In this document: positions 20,245-30,322 of the stretch, one piece after another
How the letters are laid out: each line of letters begins with the position of its first letter
Numbering within the stretch: the stretch's first letter is position 1
Source of the DNA: an uncultured bacterium
Lineage (GTDB): Bacteria; Bacteroidota; Bacteroidia; Bacteroidales; Bacteroidaceae
Assembly: GCA_945788485.1 (NCBI GenBank)
Contig: CALZMB010000001.1
Coordinates: 1 to 46,296, forward strand
DNA length: 46,296 bases
Direction of reading: 5' to 3'
Notes under the pieces: generated by a model
The model's database searches: none
What the model saw: only the letters and a program-made list of their open reading frames with translations
What the model was told of the DNA's origin: nothing
Translations under genes and position numbers: made by a program

Positions 20245-20640
20245 TCAGTAAACTGGCAGACCGTATTGGTTCTCATCGTCGCTGTCAAGCAACATAAGCA
20301 CAAGAAACCATATCGCTCCTATAACAGTCAACACAATAAAATACCAAAATCCGCTACGTCCCGTATCATGCAGCCTGCGCACAGTGACAGACAGCATTGG
20401 CAAAAAATTGAAGATAACGAACAGAACTAACCCTATTAATCCTGCAATAACGCCAGCGAAGATACTTAATCCAACATTATCTCCAATAATGAGATATCCA
20501 AGCAATGAAAAAACTGCAAATGTCAGCGTGGCACACAACATCGAAGCAAGGGAAAACCACCAGTATTCTGAGCGTGGTGCCCTGCCTGAGAATGTCGCGT
20601 ATTTACCGTAGCATGATTTTATTGATTCTATGAAAGTCAT
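20245..20640 (-). CDS. DUF805 (YhaH/YhaI-like) inner-membrane protein
   Basis: KYATFSGRAPRSEYWWF...LSVTVRRLHDTGRSGFW...ENQYG. Confidence 0.95.
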   Translation of the reverse strand: MTFIESIKSCYGKYATFSGRAPRSEYWWFSLASMLCATLTFAVFSLLGYLIIGDNVGLSIFAGVIAGLIGLVLFVIFNFLPMLSVTVRRLHDTGRSGFWYFIVLTVIGAIWFLVLMLLDSDDENQYGLPVY

Positions 20641-20668
20641 AACAAATACGTTTTTGGTTTTATTGTTT

Positions 20669-21067
20669 TTACATATCTTTCGGACTTATGACAACAGTAA
20701 TGTCCTTAGTACTGGTATTGAATATGTACTGCAGTCCGATGGCGTTTTTCTTCAATACTTTCACCAGTTTCTTCGTCTTTTCAGTTTGCAGGTCGGCAAT
20801 GAGCGAGTTCTTGATGGAGTCAGAACTGATATTGTCGAATCTGTTGTCCTCCACTTTTATGTGATATGTCAGAATGCTGTCGCCTTTTTTGTATTCACAT
20901 TTCGTGAGGATTGTCCCGTTAGGCAGTTCTTTGTTTGATTCAGCATTGATGCCCTCTACTATTTTTTCAATCATAGACGCATCCCTGTTCTCGATTTTCT
21001 TCTTGCAACTGCCCAATGTCATAGACAAGAAAACAATGAGCAGCGCGGCTGTAAGTATGTTTCTCAT
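20669..21067 (-). CDS. Lipoprotein, possible GspS/AspS-pilotin-like fold
   Basis: Lipobox TLGSC; GTILTKCEY...LTYHIKV...LQYIF...ISPKDM. Confidence 0.7.
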   Translation of the reverse strand: MRNILTAALLIVFLSMTLGSCKKKIENRDASMIEKIVEGINAESNKELPNGTILTKCEYKKGDSILTYHIKVEDNRFDNISSDSIKNSLIADLQTEKTKKLVKVLKKNAIGLQYIFNTSTKDITVVISPKDM

Positions 21068-21070
21068 AAG

Positions 21071-21994
21071 TTATAGAATATTGAATGTTGTGGTATAAAT
21101 AACATCTCCCGATTCGATGATTTCTACTTTGTATTCTCCTGCCTTCCAGAATCCCTCCTTAGGCGAGCCAAACTGGTCTATCTCTACAAGCTGGTTCTTT
21201 CTTGATTTCTCTATTGTGACGATAGACTCGGCAGAGTATTTCTTGTTCGGCTGATATATGGGTTTGCCATCTGGGCGTGTCACTTTTATCTGAAGAGTAT
21301 AGTCGGCTGTTGTTTCTCTCCACGGTCCGAACTCGATGCGTGCCTGTATGTATCTTGCATTGAAGCTTCTCAGTGGCTGGTCGTATGCCGTCTTTTCGTT
21401 GCCGTCGGCATCGAGCAGACGGAACGAGACATTCTGTATGAGGTCTCTCAGTTCGCTCGGCGGAAGATTTCGGCGCGCTTCCTCCTCAGCGCGTTCCGCT
21501 GTCTCACGCTCTACGGTGAGAGCGGTCTCGTAGGCTTCCTTGAAATCCTGATCAACATTGTTGAACGCCTCGAAATACTTCTTGAACACACTTGTGAAAT
21601 TCTCGGGCGTAGAGACATACACCTGAATTGTGGTTTCTACCTTTTTCTCCGTGACGGTGAGTTTCACTGTCTTGTGTTTGTTGTTCACGTCATTCGCCGC
21701 AATGATGGCAGGCTTGCGCTTGTACGTGTTTTCCTCTTTCCCGATTTTGTATGCCTTCCGGTGGAAAGTGTAGAGGATAGGTGATTCTTCGGTGAAAGTA
21801 ATCCAATACAGAATGCCTCCTTTTCTGAAACATACACTGTTGTCAGAGGTATCGACACTGGGGTTATAGCCGTTTTTATGCAAATAGGCATAGACAGCTC
21901 GCTGTGCTTTTTCCTGAGACTGTGTGAGGTCTCCTGCAAATGCTTGAACCGTCAAGGCGGCAAGCATACAGATAATCAGTTTGAATCTTTTCAT
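21071..21994 (-). CDS. Exported protein with YbjN-like N-domain and Ig-like C-domain
   Basis: Signal peptide; YLHKNGYNPSVDTSDNSVCFRKGG...AIIAANDVNNKHKTVKL resembles the YbjN/T3SS-chaperone-like fold; C-terminus WKAGEYKVEI...TTFNIL. Confidence 0.65.
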   Translation of the reverse strand: MKRFKLIICMLAALTVQAFAGDLTQSQEKAQRAVYAYLHKNGYNPSVDTSDNSVCFRKGGILYWITFTEESPILYTFHRKAYKIGKEENTYKRKPAIIAANDVNNKHKTVKLTVTEKKVETTIQVYVSTPENFTSVFKKYFEAFNNVDQDFKEAYETALTVERETAERAEEEARRNLPPSELRDLIQNVSFRLLDADGNEKTAYDQPLRSFNARYIQARIEFGPWRETTADYTLQIKVTRPDGKPIYQPNKKYSAESIVTIEKSRKNQLVEIDQFGSPKEGFWKAGEYKVEIIESGDVIYTTTFNIL

Positions 21995-22026
21995 GTTTTC
22001 TTTCGTTTTTAATATTTAGGTAATTA

Positions 22027-25000
22027 TTAAATCGCTGTAACTCTATCGTGGTTCTGGTCATAAAAGACAATGATGATATCGACATGTGTCGGGGTGTAGA
22101 TCTTTCCTCTGAGGAAATCTTTCAAAGCCTGTCCTACTTCCATTGTTTTTGCCTTCAGTTCTTCCGACGAATAGTTCTCAAATACGATGTCCAACATCAC
22201 TGAGTTGCTGTTGACCGTCACTTTTTCGATTATCACGCCGTCGCCGGAATTAGCGGGACACTCTTTTGCCAGTGCTCTCCATCCGGCCTTCCAGTCGTAG
22301 GCATTGCCATATTTCGCGCCACCGCTTGTCTGAATCTTCCAATTATTATTGACCATGTAAGCAGTAGAAATCTTACGGTTGGAGACATCATAAAGTTCAC
22401 ACTTATATTGCGAGCCGCTCTTGTAATAGTATTTTTCCTTATGCCATCCATAAGCCATATTGACGGGTTGTCCGTTTGTGCCGTAATATGCCTTGACGGT
22501 CATCTGCCGCATATCGTTGTATTTCAATACGGTTTTGTGGAATTTCATGTCTTTCTCCATCACCTTTTTCCCGTCTATTGAGAAATAGGCCTGTTCGGTT
22601 TGCAGTCCGGAATCATCGTATTTTAATCTCAGTTCGCACCATCCTTTCAGCCCGGTCTTCTTTTTCCCGTATCCGTCGTAGCAGATGAGTTTTGTCATGT
22701 TGCCCCGCTTGTCGTATTCCACACGTCCTTCAGGAGCCACACCGTCAGCGGCGACAGGTTTCCCGTCGCATCCGAAAGTCAGCTGATGGCACACCTTGTT
22801 CGAGATTTTGTCAAACTGGTAATAGTATTTGTGTACCTTTGATTTGTCAGTGCCTCTGTTTCCTGTCTGTGTAAAGAATACTTTGGAGACATTGTTGCCT
22901 CTTGTGTCATACTCCATTTTCTCTACAGCAAATTCCTGTCCTGCCACATTTTTCAGCAGTCCGTCATTTCCGTAATACTCCTTTTGCACACACTGGTTGT
23001 TTGTATTGAAAGCCAAGACAATTCTGTGATACCCGTCAGGACAGGTGGCCGCTGCTCCGCTTCCGCTGAAAAAGGTCTTCTCGACCACATTGTCCCGTTC
23101 GTCATATTTCATTCTCTCTTCGAGATGTCCGGCAGCGAGTTTCCCGTTTGTTCCCACAGGAGCCATGCTTGTGACATTTCCCCGTGCGTCATAACTGTAT
23201 CGGTATCCCGCCACGCCATTGACAGCCATCGGTTTTCCATCAATGTTCAGGGATGTCTCAGCAATTCTGTTTCCCTGCTCATCATACGCGTATTCGATTC
23301 GCGCACAGTTGCCGTTGAGGCAGCAGGGCTTTCCCTTCGTGTTGAGGAAATATCTCGCCGCTTCGTTGCCGTTGTCGTCATATTCATAGCAGACAGCCGC
23401 AATTCCTTCGTTCGATGTCACTGGATTGTCCTTGTCATCGTAGAAAGCGCGTTTCGTATAGTTGCCTCTTGCGTCGTACTCGTTTTTGAAATAGCAGAAT
23501 TTCTGCACTTGCAGCACTTTTCTCTTTTTCTCCGGCGACATATATGTCAGTGTAGAGAGACGTCCCTGCTTATCGTATTTCGCCTCAAATCCGGCATATC
23601 TCAGCCCTGCCGGTTCGTATAGTTTACCATTGGCGTCAAAATAGTATTCCGTCAGTTGGTTGCCAACAGAATCGTATGTGCATTTTTTGTGTGCGAATCC
23701 CGTGGTCTCTATCAGGTCACCCTTCGAGTCGAGAATCTTTAAGTCCAATACATTTCCGTGACTGTCGTTAGTATATTCAATTCTTGAATATGATATGTTC
23801 ATGTCAGTATCGTTCAGATATGCCGCCTTGCCTTTGGCATCGATAAAGCTGCGGCGAGAGAGATATCCGTTCGCGTCATATTCGCTTATGCTTCCGGAGA
23901 TGCCCTGGATATACGTAATGCATCCGTCGATGCCGAGATAATGATATTTCACCAACATTCCGTCCTCGTCATATTCATACAGCACTCCGGCGAAAGCATT
24001 GTCTTTCCTTATCATCGGCCTGCCATATATGTCTGTGTATTTTTCTGTAAGGCGGTTGCCGTATTCATCATACGTCAGCAGCACGACAGGGCAGTTATTC
24101 CCGTCGCTGCTCGGTTTTCCGTCAACAGTGAGATATTCTATCTTCACCATATTGTCATCATCATCGTATGTGAATTTCTTTATTCCCAGTCCGAACTGCG
24201 TCGCTTTCGGTTTGCCGTCCTTTCCGAGATAATGCTCCTCCACCACCCGGCCTTTTTTGTCATGCACATATCTCTTCCCGAAGATGCCCTGTCCGTCAGA
24301 GACACGTATATTTCCGAAGCCGGCATATTCTATTTTTAGCAGGTTGCCGTCTTCGTCATAGTCAAGAATGTATTTCGAAATTTTGCTCTTGTCATCAAGT
24401 CCGATGTCAAACGACGACTGGAAGAGATCAACATTTGCATTGAGAGCCATCTCTGTCCCCAGCTCGTCATCGAGTTTGAAGGTGCATGTCTTGAAATTGT
24501 TATCATAGTCTTTGACATAGAGCACCTTTCCGCTGCGGTTTTTGTATTTTGCGACATCAATTTTCCCGCTTCCTTCATTGTACGAAACAGTCATATCCAC
24601 GATACGGTCCTTTGTCTCCGAATCATGATGGTCAATAAGATTGCCTTTGCTGTTGATATATGTCACACGCCTCAGCTTGTACTTAGAATATTCAAAGCGG
24701 TATGTTCCCTCTCTGTGCGACATCTCCCTTCCGCTCAGTTCTCCAATGCCCTTCGGCACGCCATAGACTTCAACATAGTCTTTGTAGTATTCAACCTTTG
24801 TACGGAAATAGTCCCACGTAAGCAGTCCGGCAAGAATGAGGCAGAGACATGCTGCGATGCCGCCGTACATGACAGGGCGTGATACTCTCTCGGGGGCGAG
24901 GGCTTTTTTCACGGCGGCCTTCATTTCTGCACAACTCTGGTATCTCGCCTCTGGTATCTTCTGCGTCGCCTTGTCAACCACCATCTGTATGGCAGGCGAG

Positions 25001-25713
25001 ACATACGGATAATAGTCAGCCATGCGCGGCAGGGGGTCGTTCACCATACGCCGTTTTATCTCCTGCGATGTGAAAGTCGTGGTGTCGTATGGTGTCCTCC
25101 CCGTAAGCATATTGTGTATCAACACGCCGAGGGCGAAGATGTCAGAACGCTTGTCGATAAATTTTCCGAGAATCTGTTCCGGACTCATATACGACGGAGT
25201 GCCCATGACATATTTGTTCTGCGTAACATTCGATTCTGAGACAATCTGCGCGATACCGAAATCCATAACCTTTATGTGCCCGTCGTCGGTGATGATGATG
25301 TTCGACGGTTTGATGTCACGATGTACGATGCCTTTCGAGTGGGCATAGGCGAATGCGTCGAGAATTTCACAAACAAGCGGATAGGCTTTTTTCTCTACAA
25401 TCAGGCCGTTTTTTTTCGTGATGAAATCTTCGAGCGTAATTCCCTTCACGTATTCCATGATGAGGAAAACCCCATCAGGTGTCTCGACATAGTTCAGGAA
25501 TTTCACTATGCCCGGATGGTCGAGCGAGCACAACATCTCAGCCTCCTGCTTGAAACGTGAGCGCAAATCGGCATTGCGCGCCACTTCTGGCCTCAGAGCC
25601 TTTATCGCCACTTGCTGGTCGATGTTCGTGTTTACAGCAAGAAAAACGCTGCCCATGCCTCCTGTGCCCAGATGTCGCACAATACGATAGTTCAGAATAT
25701 CAGTTGGAATCAT
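22027..25713 (-). CDS. Receptor-type Ser/Thr kinase with TM helix and large YD-like repeat ectodomain
   Basis: LGTGGMGSV, VAIK, HRDIKPSN, DFG, GTPSYMSPEQ; TM VMYGGIAACLCLILAGLLTW; about 20 YDxxGN repeats. Confidence 0.95.
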   Translation of the reverse strand: MIPTDILNYRIVRHLGTGGMGSVFLAVNTNIDQQVAIKALRPEVARNADLRSRFKQEAEMLCSLDHPGIVKFLNYVETPDGVFLIMEYVKGITLEDFITKKNGLIVEKKAYPLVCEILDAFAYAHSKGIVHRDIKPSNIIITDDGHIKVMDFGIAQIVSESNVTQNKYVMGTPSYMSPEQILGKFIDKRSDIFALGVLIHNMLTGRTPYDTTTFTSQEIKRRMVNDPLPRMADYYPYVSPAIQMVVDKATQKIPEARYQSCAEMKAAVKKALAPERVSRPVMYGGIAACLCLILAGLLTWDYFRTKVEYYKDYVEVYGVPKGIGELSGREMSHREGTYRFEYSKYKLRRVTYINSKGNLIDHHDSETKDRIVDMTVSYNEGSGKIDVAKYKNRSGKVLYVKDYDNNFKTCTFKLDDELGTEMALNANVDLFQSSFDIGLDDKSKISKYILDYDEDGNLLKIEYAGFGNIRVSDGQGIFGKRYVHDKKGRVVEEHYLGKDGKPKATQFGLGIKKFTYDDDDNMVKIEYLTVDGKPSSDGNNCPVVLLTYDEYGNRLTEKYTDIYGRPMIRKDNAFAGVLYEYDEDGMLVKYHYLGIDGCITYIQGISGSISEYDANGYLSRRSFIDAKGKAAYLNDTDMNISYSRIEYTNDSHGNVLDLKILDSKGDLIETTGFAHKKCTYDSVGNQLTEYYFDANGKLYEPAGLRYAGFEAKYDKQGRLSTLTYMSPEKKRKVLQVQKFCYFKNEYDARGNYTKRAFYDDKDNPVTSNEGIAAVCYEYDDNGNEAARYFLNTKGKPCCLNGNCARIEYAYDEQGNRIAETSLNIDGKPMAVNGVAGYRYSYDARGNVTSMAPVGTNGKLAAGHLEERMKYDERDNVVEKTFFSGSGAAATCPDGYHRIVLAFNTNNQCVQKEYYGNDGLLKNVAGQEFAVEKMEYDTRGNNVSKVFFTQTGNRGTDKSKVHKYYYQFDKISNKVCHQLTFGCDGKPVAADGVAPEGRVEYDKRGNMTKLICYDGYGKKKTGLKGWCELRLKYDDSGLQTEQAYFSIDGKKVMEKDMKFHKTVLKYNDMRQMTVKAYYGTNGQPVNMAYGWHKEKYYYKSGSQYKCELYDVSNRKISTAYMVNNNWKIQTSGGAKYGNAYDWKAGWRALAKECPANSGDGVIIEKVTVNSNSVMLDIVFENYSSEELKAKTMEVGQALKDFLRGKIYTPTHVDIIIVFYDQNHDRVTAI

Positions 25714-25835
25714 TATTCAAAGTTGTTACGGCGGGTTCCGAAAATTTTCCACACATCAGATTAATTTAAGAGATAATTTCCAGAACCCACCTTACGATAA
25801 ACAGTCAGATACTACAAAACAAAAAATTCCTCGCC

Positions 25836-27311
25836 TCAAAACATATCGGCCAAGGCGAATTTCCATACAAAAATCATTATGACAGAAATGATGGCAGCCA
25901 CAAGTCCGAGCGTGCGGTGCTCTGATTTGTATTTCTTCACCTTCTTGCCATTCAACAGCTTTTCTGTGCTGGCGAAGACCTGGATGCCGAGAATCAGTCC
26001 GAGGAATCCTCCCAGGATTGCAAATACGAAAGCTAATATAACCAGGAGCGTTGCGCTCTGCTCCTCATATTCCTCATCGTCGTCATTATTATTATCAGGC
26101 TTTTTCGGGTCGGTCTTCTTTCCGGCGGCAAGTTCATCCTCTTTGATGTCTTCTTTCTGTGTTTCCATTCCCTGTACTGCCTTTGCTCTGCTTTCGAGTT
26201 CCGATACGACCTTGTCCCAATCCAGAAGGCCGTCACTGACACCTGCCAGCAGGATATAAGGTTTCGCGGAATTGACAGGAATGCTGACTGATGTCTTGTT
26301 TATTCTCCTGCCGTTGATGATCGTGCCGTTTGCGCTGCAGTCAGTAAAGACATAATACTTTCCGTTGGTGAACTCCTTCAGCTCGATGTCTGCGTGATGA
26401 CGGCTGATTTTGCACTCTTTGTCGCTGACAATGATGTCACATTTCTCGCGTCCCACCGAGAGCATCACCGGAATGCTCGCCATTCCCGCATGGCTGATAT
26501 GGGTACCGTTAGACAGTGCCGCCATGAACTCATAACAGTTCTGATAGCGCTGCACCATGTTTTTCGCCGTCGCCTTGTCAAGCACTTTCTGCAAGACCTC
26601 CGATGCCCCTTTTTTGTATTTTGAGAGGCGGGGGGACTCTTTGTGGATGATGGCGTCTTTCGTTTCGAACTCGCTGGCGAAAGTGTTGAAGGCATGATGT
26701 CCGGTCAGCATATAGTAGAAGACGCATCCGAGCGAATAGATGTCCGAGAGTGTGTTGATGGAGTATCCCTCCGCCTGTTCCGGACTCATGTATCCGCTTG
26801 TGCCGATGATAGAGCCTACAATGGTGTTGCTTCCGCCATCCATGTCTTTTGCCACTCCGAAATCAAGGAGACAGACACTGTTGTCGGGGCGGATCATTAT
26901 GTTCGACGGCTTGATGTCACGGTGTACGATATGTGCATTGTGGACATACTGCAGCGCGTCGAGGATTTTCAGCATATATGTCACAGCCTGCTCCTCGGGT
27001 ATGGGACCGTTTTTCGTCACATACTGCTCGATATTCATGCCTTCCACCATCTCCATGATGATGAAATAGCTTTGCGTGGCGTTGTCGAGGAATGCGGAAT
27101 AGAGCTTTACAATCGAGGGATGTTCTACCTTCACGAGGAACTCCACCTCTTTCTCTATCCTCGACATGATGCTCCAGTCACTGGCGAACTCCGGCAGAAT
27201 CTCCTTCACCGCCACGACATGACCTTTGTTGTCATGGCCTCGGAAAATCTGACCCATACCGCCGCGGGCGATAGGCTCATCCTCAATGGTGAAATTGGCT
27301 ATCGTTCTCAT
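25836..27311 (-). CDS. Ser/Thr kinase-FHA fusion with two C-terminal TM helices
   Basis: ARGGMGQI, VAVK, HRDIKPSN, DFG, GTSGYMSPEQ; FHA VGREKCDI...ISRHHA...SANGTIING; two hydrophobic C-terminal helices. Confidence 0.95.
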   Translation of the reverse strand: MRTIANFTIEDEPIARGGMGQIFRGHDNKGHVVAVKEILPEFASDWSIMSRIEKEVEFLVKVEHPSIVKLYSAFLDNATQSYFIIMEMVEGMNIEQYVTKNGPIPEEQAVTYMLKILDALQYVHNAHIVHRDIKPSNIMIRPDNSVCLLDFGVAKDMDGGSNTIVGSIIGTSGYMSPEQAEGYSINTLSDIYSLGCVFYYMLTGHHAFNTFASEFETKDAIIHKESPRLSKYKKGASEVLQKVLDKATAKNMVQRYQNCYEFMAALSNGTHISHAGMASIPVMLSVGREKCDIIVSDKECKISRHHADIELKEFTNGKYYVFTDCSANGTIINGRRINKTSVSIPVNSAKPYILLAGVSDGLLDWDKVVSELESRAKAVQGMETQKEDIKEDELAAGKKTDPKKPDNNNDDDEEYEEQSATLLVILAFVFAILGGFLGLILGIQVFASTEKLLNGKKVKKYKSEHRTLGLVAAIISVIMIFVWKFALADMF

Positions 27312-28486
27312 TGTGGATCTTTTTCTATACTAAGGTTTTCCTTGTTAATTGTTATTTCGGGTTTCGGCTCATCGGCCTTATTTTCTAATTCTTTTGTAAC
27401 CTTATCTTCTTTGGATTTAGAGAATATATTGTCTTTTTTCCTTTGATTCTTGTTTGAAATCTGTGGCTTTTGTACAGATTCTGTTTCTTTTATGACAACA
27501 GTTTTTGTTTCTTTCGTCGTCTTCTTTGTAGCTTGTGGCGTTTTTGCACGTGTCTTTGTCGTCGATTCAACATTAGGTTTAGGTTTCGTCTCATTTCTGA
27601 AGAAATACCAATAAACTCCGAGAGCGACTGTCGCCATCATGAACAAAGCTATGAGGACATAAGCGACTGTATTGCTGCGGCGTTTCTGCGCCACATATCC
27701 TCCAGCCTGTTGTCTGTCGGCAGGCATGGCGGCATAGACAGAGGCAACGTTTGTCGGGAACTCAATGAGCTGCACCGTTATGTTGTCCTGGCCTCCGGCG
27801 TCGTTCGCCTGGTTGACGAGCATACGGGCGCGGTCTTGCAGCGATATTTCCCGGCGCATTACGGTGTTCAGAATGGCGTTGTTCGATATCATTCCGCTCA
27901 GACCGTCAGAGCAGAGCACGAAGCATGAGCCGGGTTCGGGCGTGATGGGCAGGCTTCCTATCACGGCAGGTTTCATATTGGCAATGCCCAAGGCATTCAT
28001 GATCTGGTTCTTGTCCTGATGATGTTCAGCAGCTTCCTGCGTGATGGCACCTTCATCGACAAGTGTCTGCACATACGACTGGTCTTTCGTTATCTGTCTG
28101 ATCATGTTTCCCGCGATGTAGTATATGCGGCTGTCTCCGACGGAGCCATAATAGACCTTTCCGTCCTTGATGATTGCCATCACGCATGTCGAGCCCATGC
28201 CGCTGCACTGCGGGTCCTGCGCTGCCTTATGCAAGATGGCCTGGTTAGCGGCATTGACAGAAGATTGTATGGCTTCTTCCGGCGTATTGAATCTGTTGTC
28301 GGTGAGTATGTCCTGTATGACTGCCACCGCAAGTTGCGATGCGACCTCGCCGGCATTCTGACCTCCCAGTCCGTCACAAACGACAACCACTCTTCCGTTC
28401 GGCGAGTCAAAAGTTATCATACTGTCTTCATTCAGAGTTCTCACTCTGCCTGGGTCGGTATAGTTCGCAATGATGTAGTTCTCCAT
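27308..28486 (-). CDS. PP2C (Stp1/PrpC-like) phosphatase with TM anchor
   Basis: TDPGRVRTLNEDS, VVCDGLGG, GMGST, VGDSR, LCSDGL, GGQDNIT; TM followed by a K/T-rich tail; stop overlaps the kinase start (ATGA). Confidence 0.95.
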   Translation of the reverse strand: MENYIIANYTDPGRVRTLNEDSMITFDSPNGRVVVVCDGLGGQNAGEVASQLAVAVIQDILTDNRFNTPEEAIQSSVNAANQAILHKAAQDPQCSGMGSTCVMAIIKDGKVYYGSVGDSRIYYIAGNMIRQITKDQSYVQTLVDEGAITQEAAEHHQDKNQIMNALGIANMKPAVIGSLPITPEPGSCFVLCSDGLSGMISNNAILNTVMRREISLQDRARMLVNQANDAGGQDNITVQLIEFPTNVASVYAAMPADRQQAGGYVAQKRRSNTVAYVLIALFMMATVALGVYWYFFRNETKPKPNVESTTKTRAKTPQATKKTTKETKTVVIKETESVQKPQISNKNQRKKDNIFSKSKEDKVTKELENKADEPKPEITINKENLSIEKDPQ

Positions 28487-28487
28487 G

Positions 28488-29147
28488 TCACCCGAGTTTT
28501 GGAATTGCAATGAATAAGAATACTGTGCTTCCGAGGCGTATCAAGTCGTGGTTTTCCAATACACCTTCGTCAGAGAGTTCCTTGTTGACGAACGTGCCGT
28601 TGCTCGACTGTTCATCCTTGTATTTGAACTTGTTGTCAACATTACGGTAGAGGATGGACATGTGCTTTCCCGACATTTGGTTGTCTTCAGGAATGGCGAT
28701 GTCGCACGACCTGTCCCTGCCTATGAAATTCTTGCCCTCGTAGATATTGTATGCCTTGCCCAGCGGGTTTCGTGTGTATGTGATGAGGAAGCCTACAAGC
28801 TTTCTGCCTTGTGTGGCTGCCTGTCCCTGCGGCTGGCGTATGATTGTTTTCCCGCCTCCCATAGGCTGAGACTTCGGCTGCGGCTTCTGTCCTTTGATGA
28901 CAGTGTCGCCCGACGCGTCTATCTGCGGCGCACCGCCGAACACTGCTCCGCCTGGTGCCTGTTGCGGTGCTGCGGGTGTCGACACCATTGTGCCGCCAGC
29001 CTCTTGAGCATGCTGATATGGCGGCATACCGAAATTTGGTTGGTTGCTATATTGCGTCTCATTGCCACCCTTTGGGCAAAGAGGGCATTCGTCTCCATAG
29101 ATACTTGAATCGTAAATGTGTCCGTTCGGACAAACTTTCTTTGGCAT
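28488..29147 (-). CDS. Zinc-ribbon - disordered linker - FHA protein
   Basis: MPKKVCPNGHIY...ECPLCP; FHA FIGRDRSCDI...MSGKH...SSNGTFVN...IRLG. Likely start ATG 29147. Confidence 0.92.
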   Translation of the reverse strand: MPKKVCPNGHIYDSSIYGDECPLCPKGGNETQYSNQPNFGMPPYQHAQEAGGTMVSTPAAPQQAPGGAVFGGAPQIDASGDTVIKGQKPQPKSQPMGGGKTIIRQPQGQAATQGRKLVGFLITYTRNPLGKAYNIYEGKNFIGRDRSCDIAIPEDNQMSGKHMSILYRNVDNKFKYKDEQSSNGTFVNKELSDEGVLENHDLIRLGSTVFLFIAIPKLG

Positions 29148-29185
29148 AATGTTTATGTATTTTTTATGGTTATTGTTTTTTTTAT

Positions 29186-29268
29186 TTGACGAATTGACGA
29201 GTTGACAGTTTTTGAGTTTACAGTACACATAACTTTTCAACTCGTCAACTTTTCAACTCGTCAACTTT
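29186..29268. repeat. Octamer-unit direct and inverted repeats (ttgacgag / ctcgtcaa)
   Basis: ttgacgaa ttgacgag ttgacag ... aacttttcaactcgtc aacttttcaactcgtc aacttt; the left and right blocks are reverse complements. Confidence 0.75.
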
Positions 29269-29307
29269 AAGGAATCAACATGAAACATGTCGTTTTCTGT
29301 TTGTCAT

Positions 29308-30240
29308 TTATCCGAGAAACTCCTCACCGCCCATCATGTCGTCATACGAGCTGTCATCTTCTGCCTCAGCGGTGTAGCTGTCATCAACCGATTCTTCTTC
29401 TTCGTATGTCTCAGCGGTATCATAGTTGTCATAGTCTGCCTCGGCGCTGTAGTCGTGGTCTTCCTCATCATAGCTTTCGTTTTCAGCCAGATAGGATTTA
29501 TCACTGTAGTCAATATCCGCACGGGGATTATAGTCAGGATTGTTCTCGGCATAGTCGCCCTTGTATTCTTCTCCTGTCTTCTCGTCATCGAAGTTGTTGT
29601 GTATCGGGTCTTCGTTTCCCGGATCATAGCCCGGTGCCGGTTCTTCTACTACCTCGCCAGCCTCGTTAGTATAAAAATAGTGGTTGTCGGTCTCTGAAGT
29701 GGCGTGTCCCATGCGGATATTGTCCGATTCGCTGTAATATATCTTTTCGTTCTCCTCAAACACTCCGTTGTCATTAACATCAAGTCCCAGCACATCTGCC
29801 TTGCCGTCGCCATCGACATCGGCGAGGACGAAACGATGTCCATCATAAGTTCCTTCTTCTGTTGACGAGGCCAGTTCTCCATCGACATAGACGTTTGTCG
29901 TTTCATCCCATGTGACGGTAGGCTCTTCCGGCTCGACGGTTTTCGGCTCTTCCGGTCTGGTCTCCACATAGACGACTCTTTCTGTCACCGTCTCTTCCTG
30001 TGTCTCAACAGCCTCTTCCGAGCCTGCCTCAGCTCCGTTCAGCACGTCATCTGTTGTCAGCAGGTCGTTGTCTTCTTCTCCGGGTCTTGTGGCAGCGTAT
30101 GCCGCTCCACCTCCGAGCACTGCTCCTCCGGCTAATATTGCGGCTCCGGCCGCTACTCTTTTCGCCGTTGTGTTGTCGTTGGCACTAAGGTTCCCGTAGT
30201 CCTCTACGTTGAAATCCTGGTTTGTTCCGTTAGTCTTCAT
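29308..30240 (-). CDS. Highly acidic protein with a Gly/Ala-rich membrane segment and DxDxDG motifs
   Basis: RVAAGAAILAGGAVLGGGAAYAA; ADVDGDGKAD and LDVNDNGVFE; D/E/Y-rich tail. Confidence 0.8.
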   Translation of the reverse strand: MKTNGTNQDFNVEDYGNLSANDNTTAKRVAAGAAILAGGAVLGGGAAYAATRPGEEDNDLLTTDDVLNGAEAGSEEAVETQEETVTERVVYVETRPEEPKTVEPEEPTVTWDETTNVYVDGELASSTEEGTYDGHRFVLADVDGDGKADVLGLDVNDNGVFEENEKIYYSESDNIRMGHATSETDNHYFYTNEAGEVVEEPAPGYDPGNEDPIHNNFDDEKTGEEYKGDYAENNPDYNPRADIDYSDKSYLAENESYDEEDHDYSAEADYDNYDTAETYEEEESVDDSYTAEAEDDSSYDDMMGGEEFLG

Positions 30241-30322
30241 AATCAATGAGTTTTTTTAGAGGTTTTTATTATAGTTTCTGTTCTCATGATTTCAGGAGTG
30301 TTCCTTACTCTCTTTGATTGTA

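Noticed and set aside
22027-24800. Rhs polymorphic toxin
   Set aside because: No PAAR/VgrG, no DPxG cleavage motif and no toxin-immunity pair; the repeats follow a kinase and a TM helix.
19524-25308. 34/35-nt identity between two kinase genes (19524-19558 vs 25274-25308) as gene conversion or a DGR-like repeat
   Set aside because: It covers the most conserved kinase motif (PSNIxITDDGHI), so protein constraint plus codon bias suffices; there is no reverse transcriptase.
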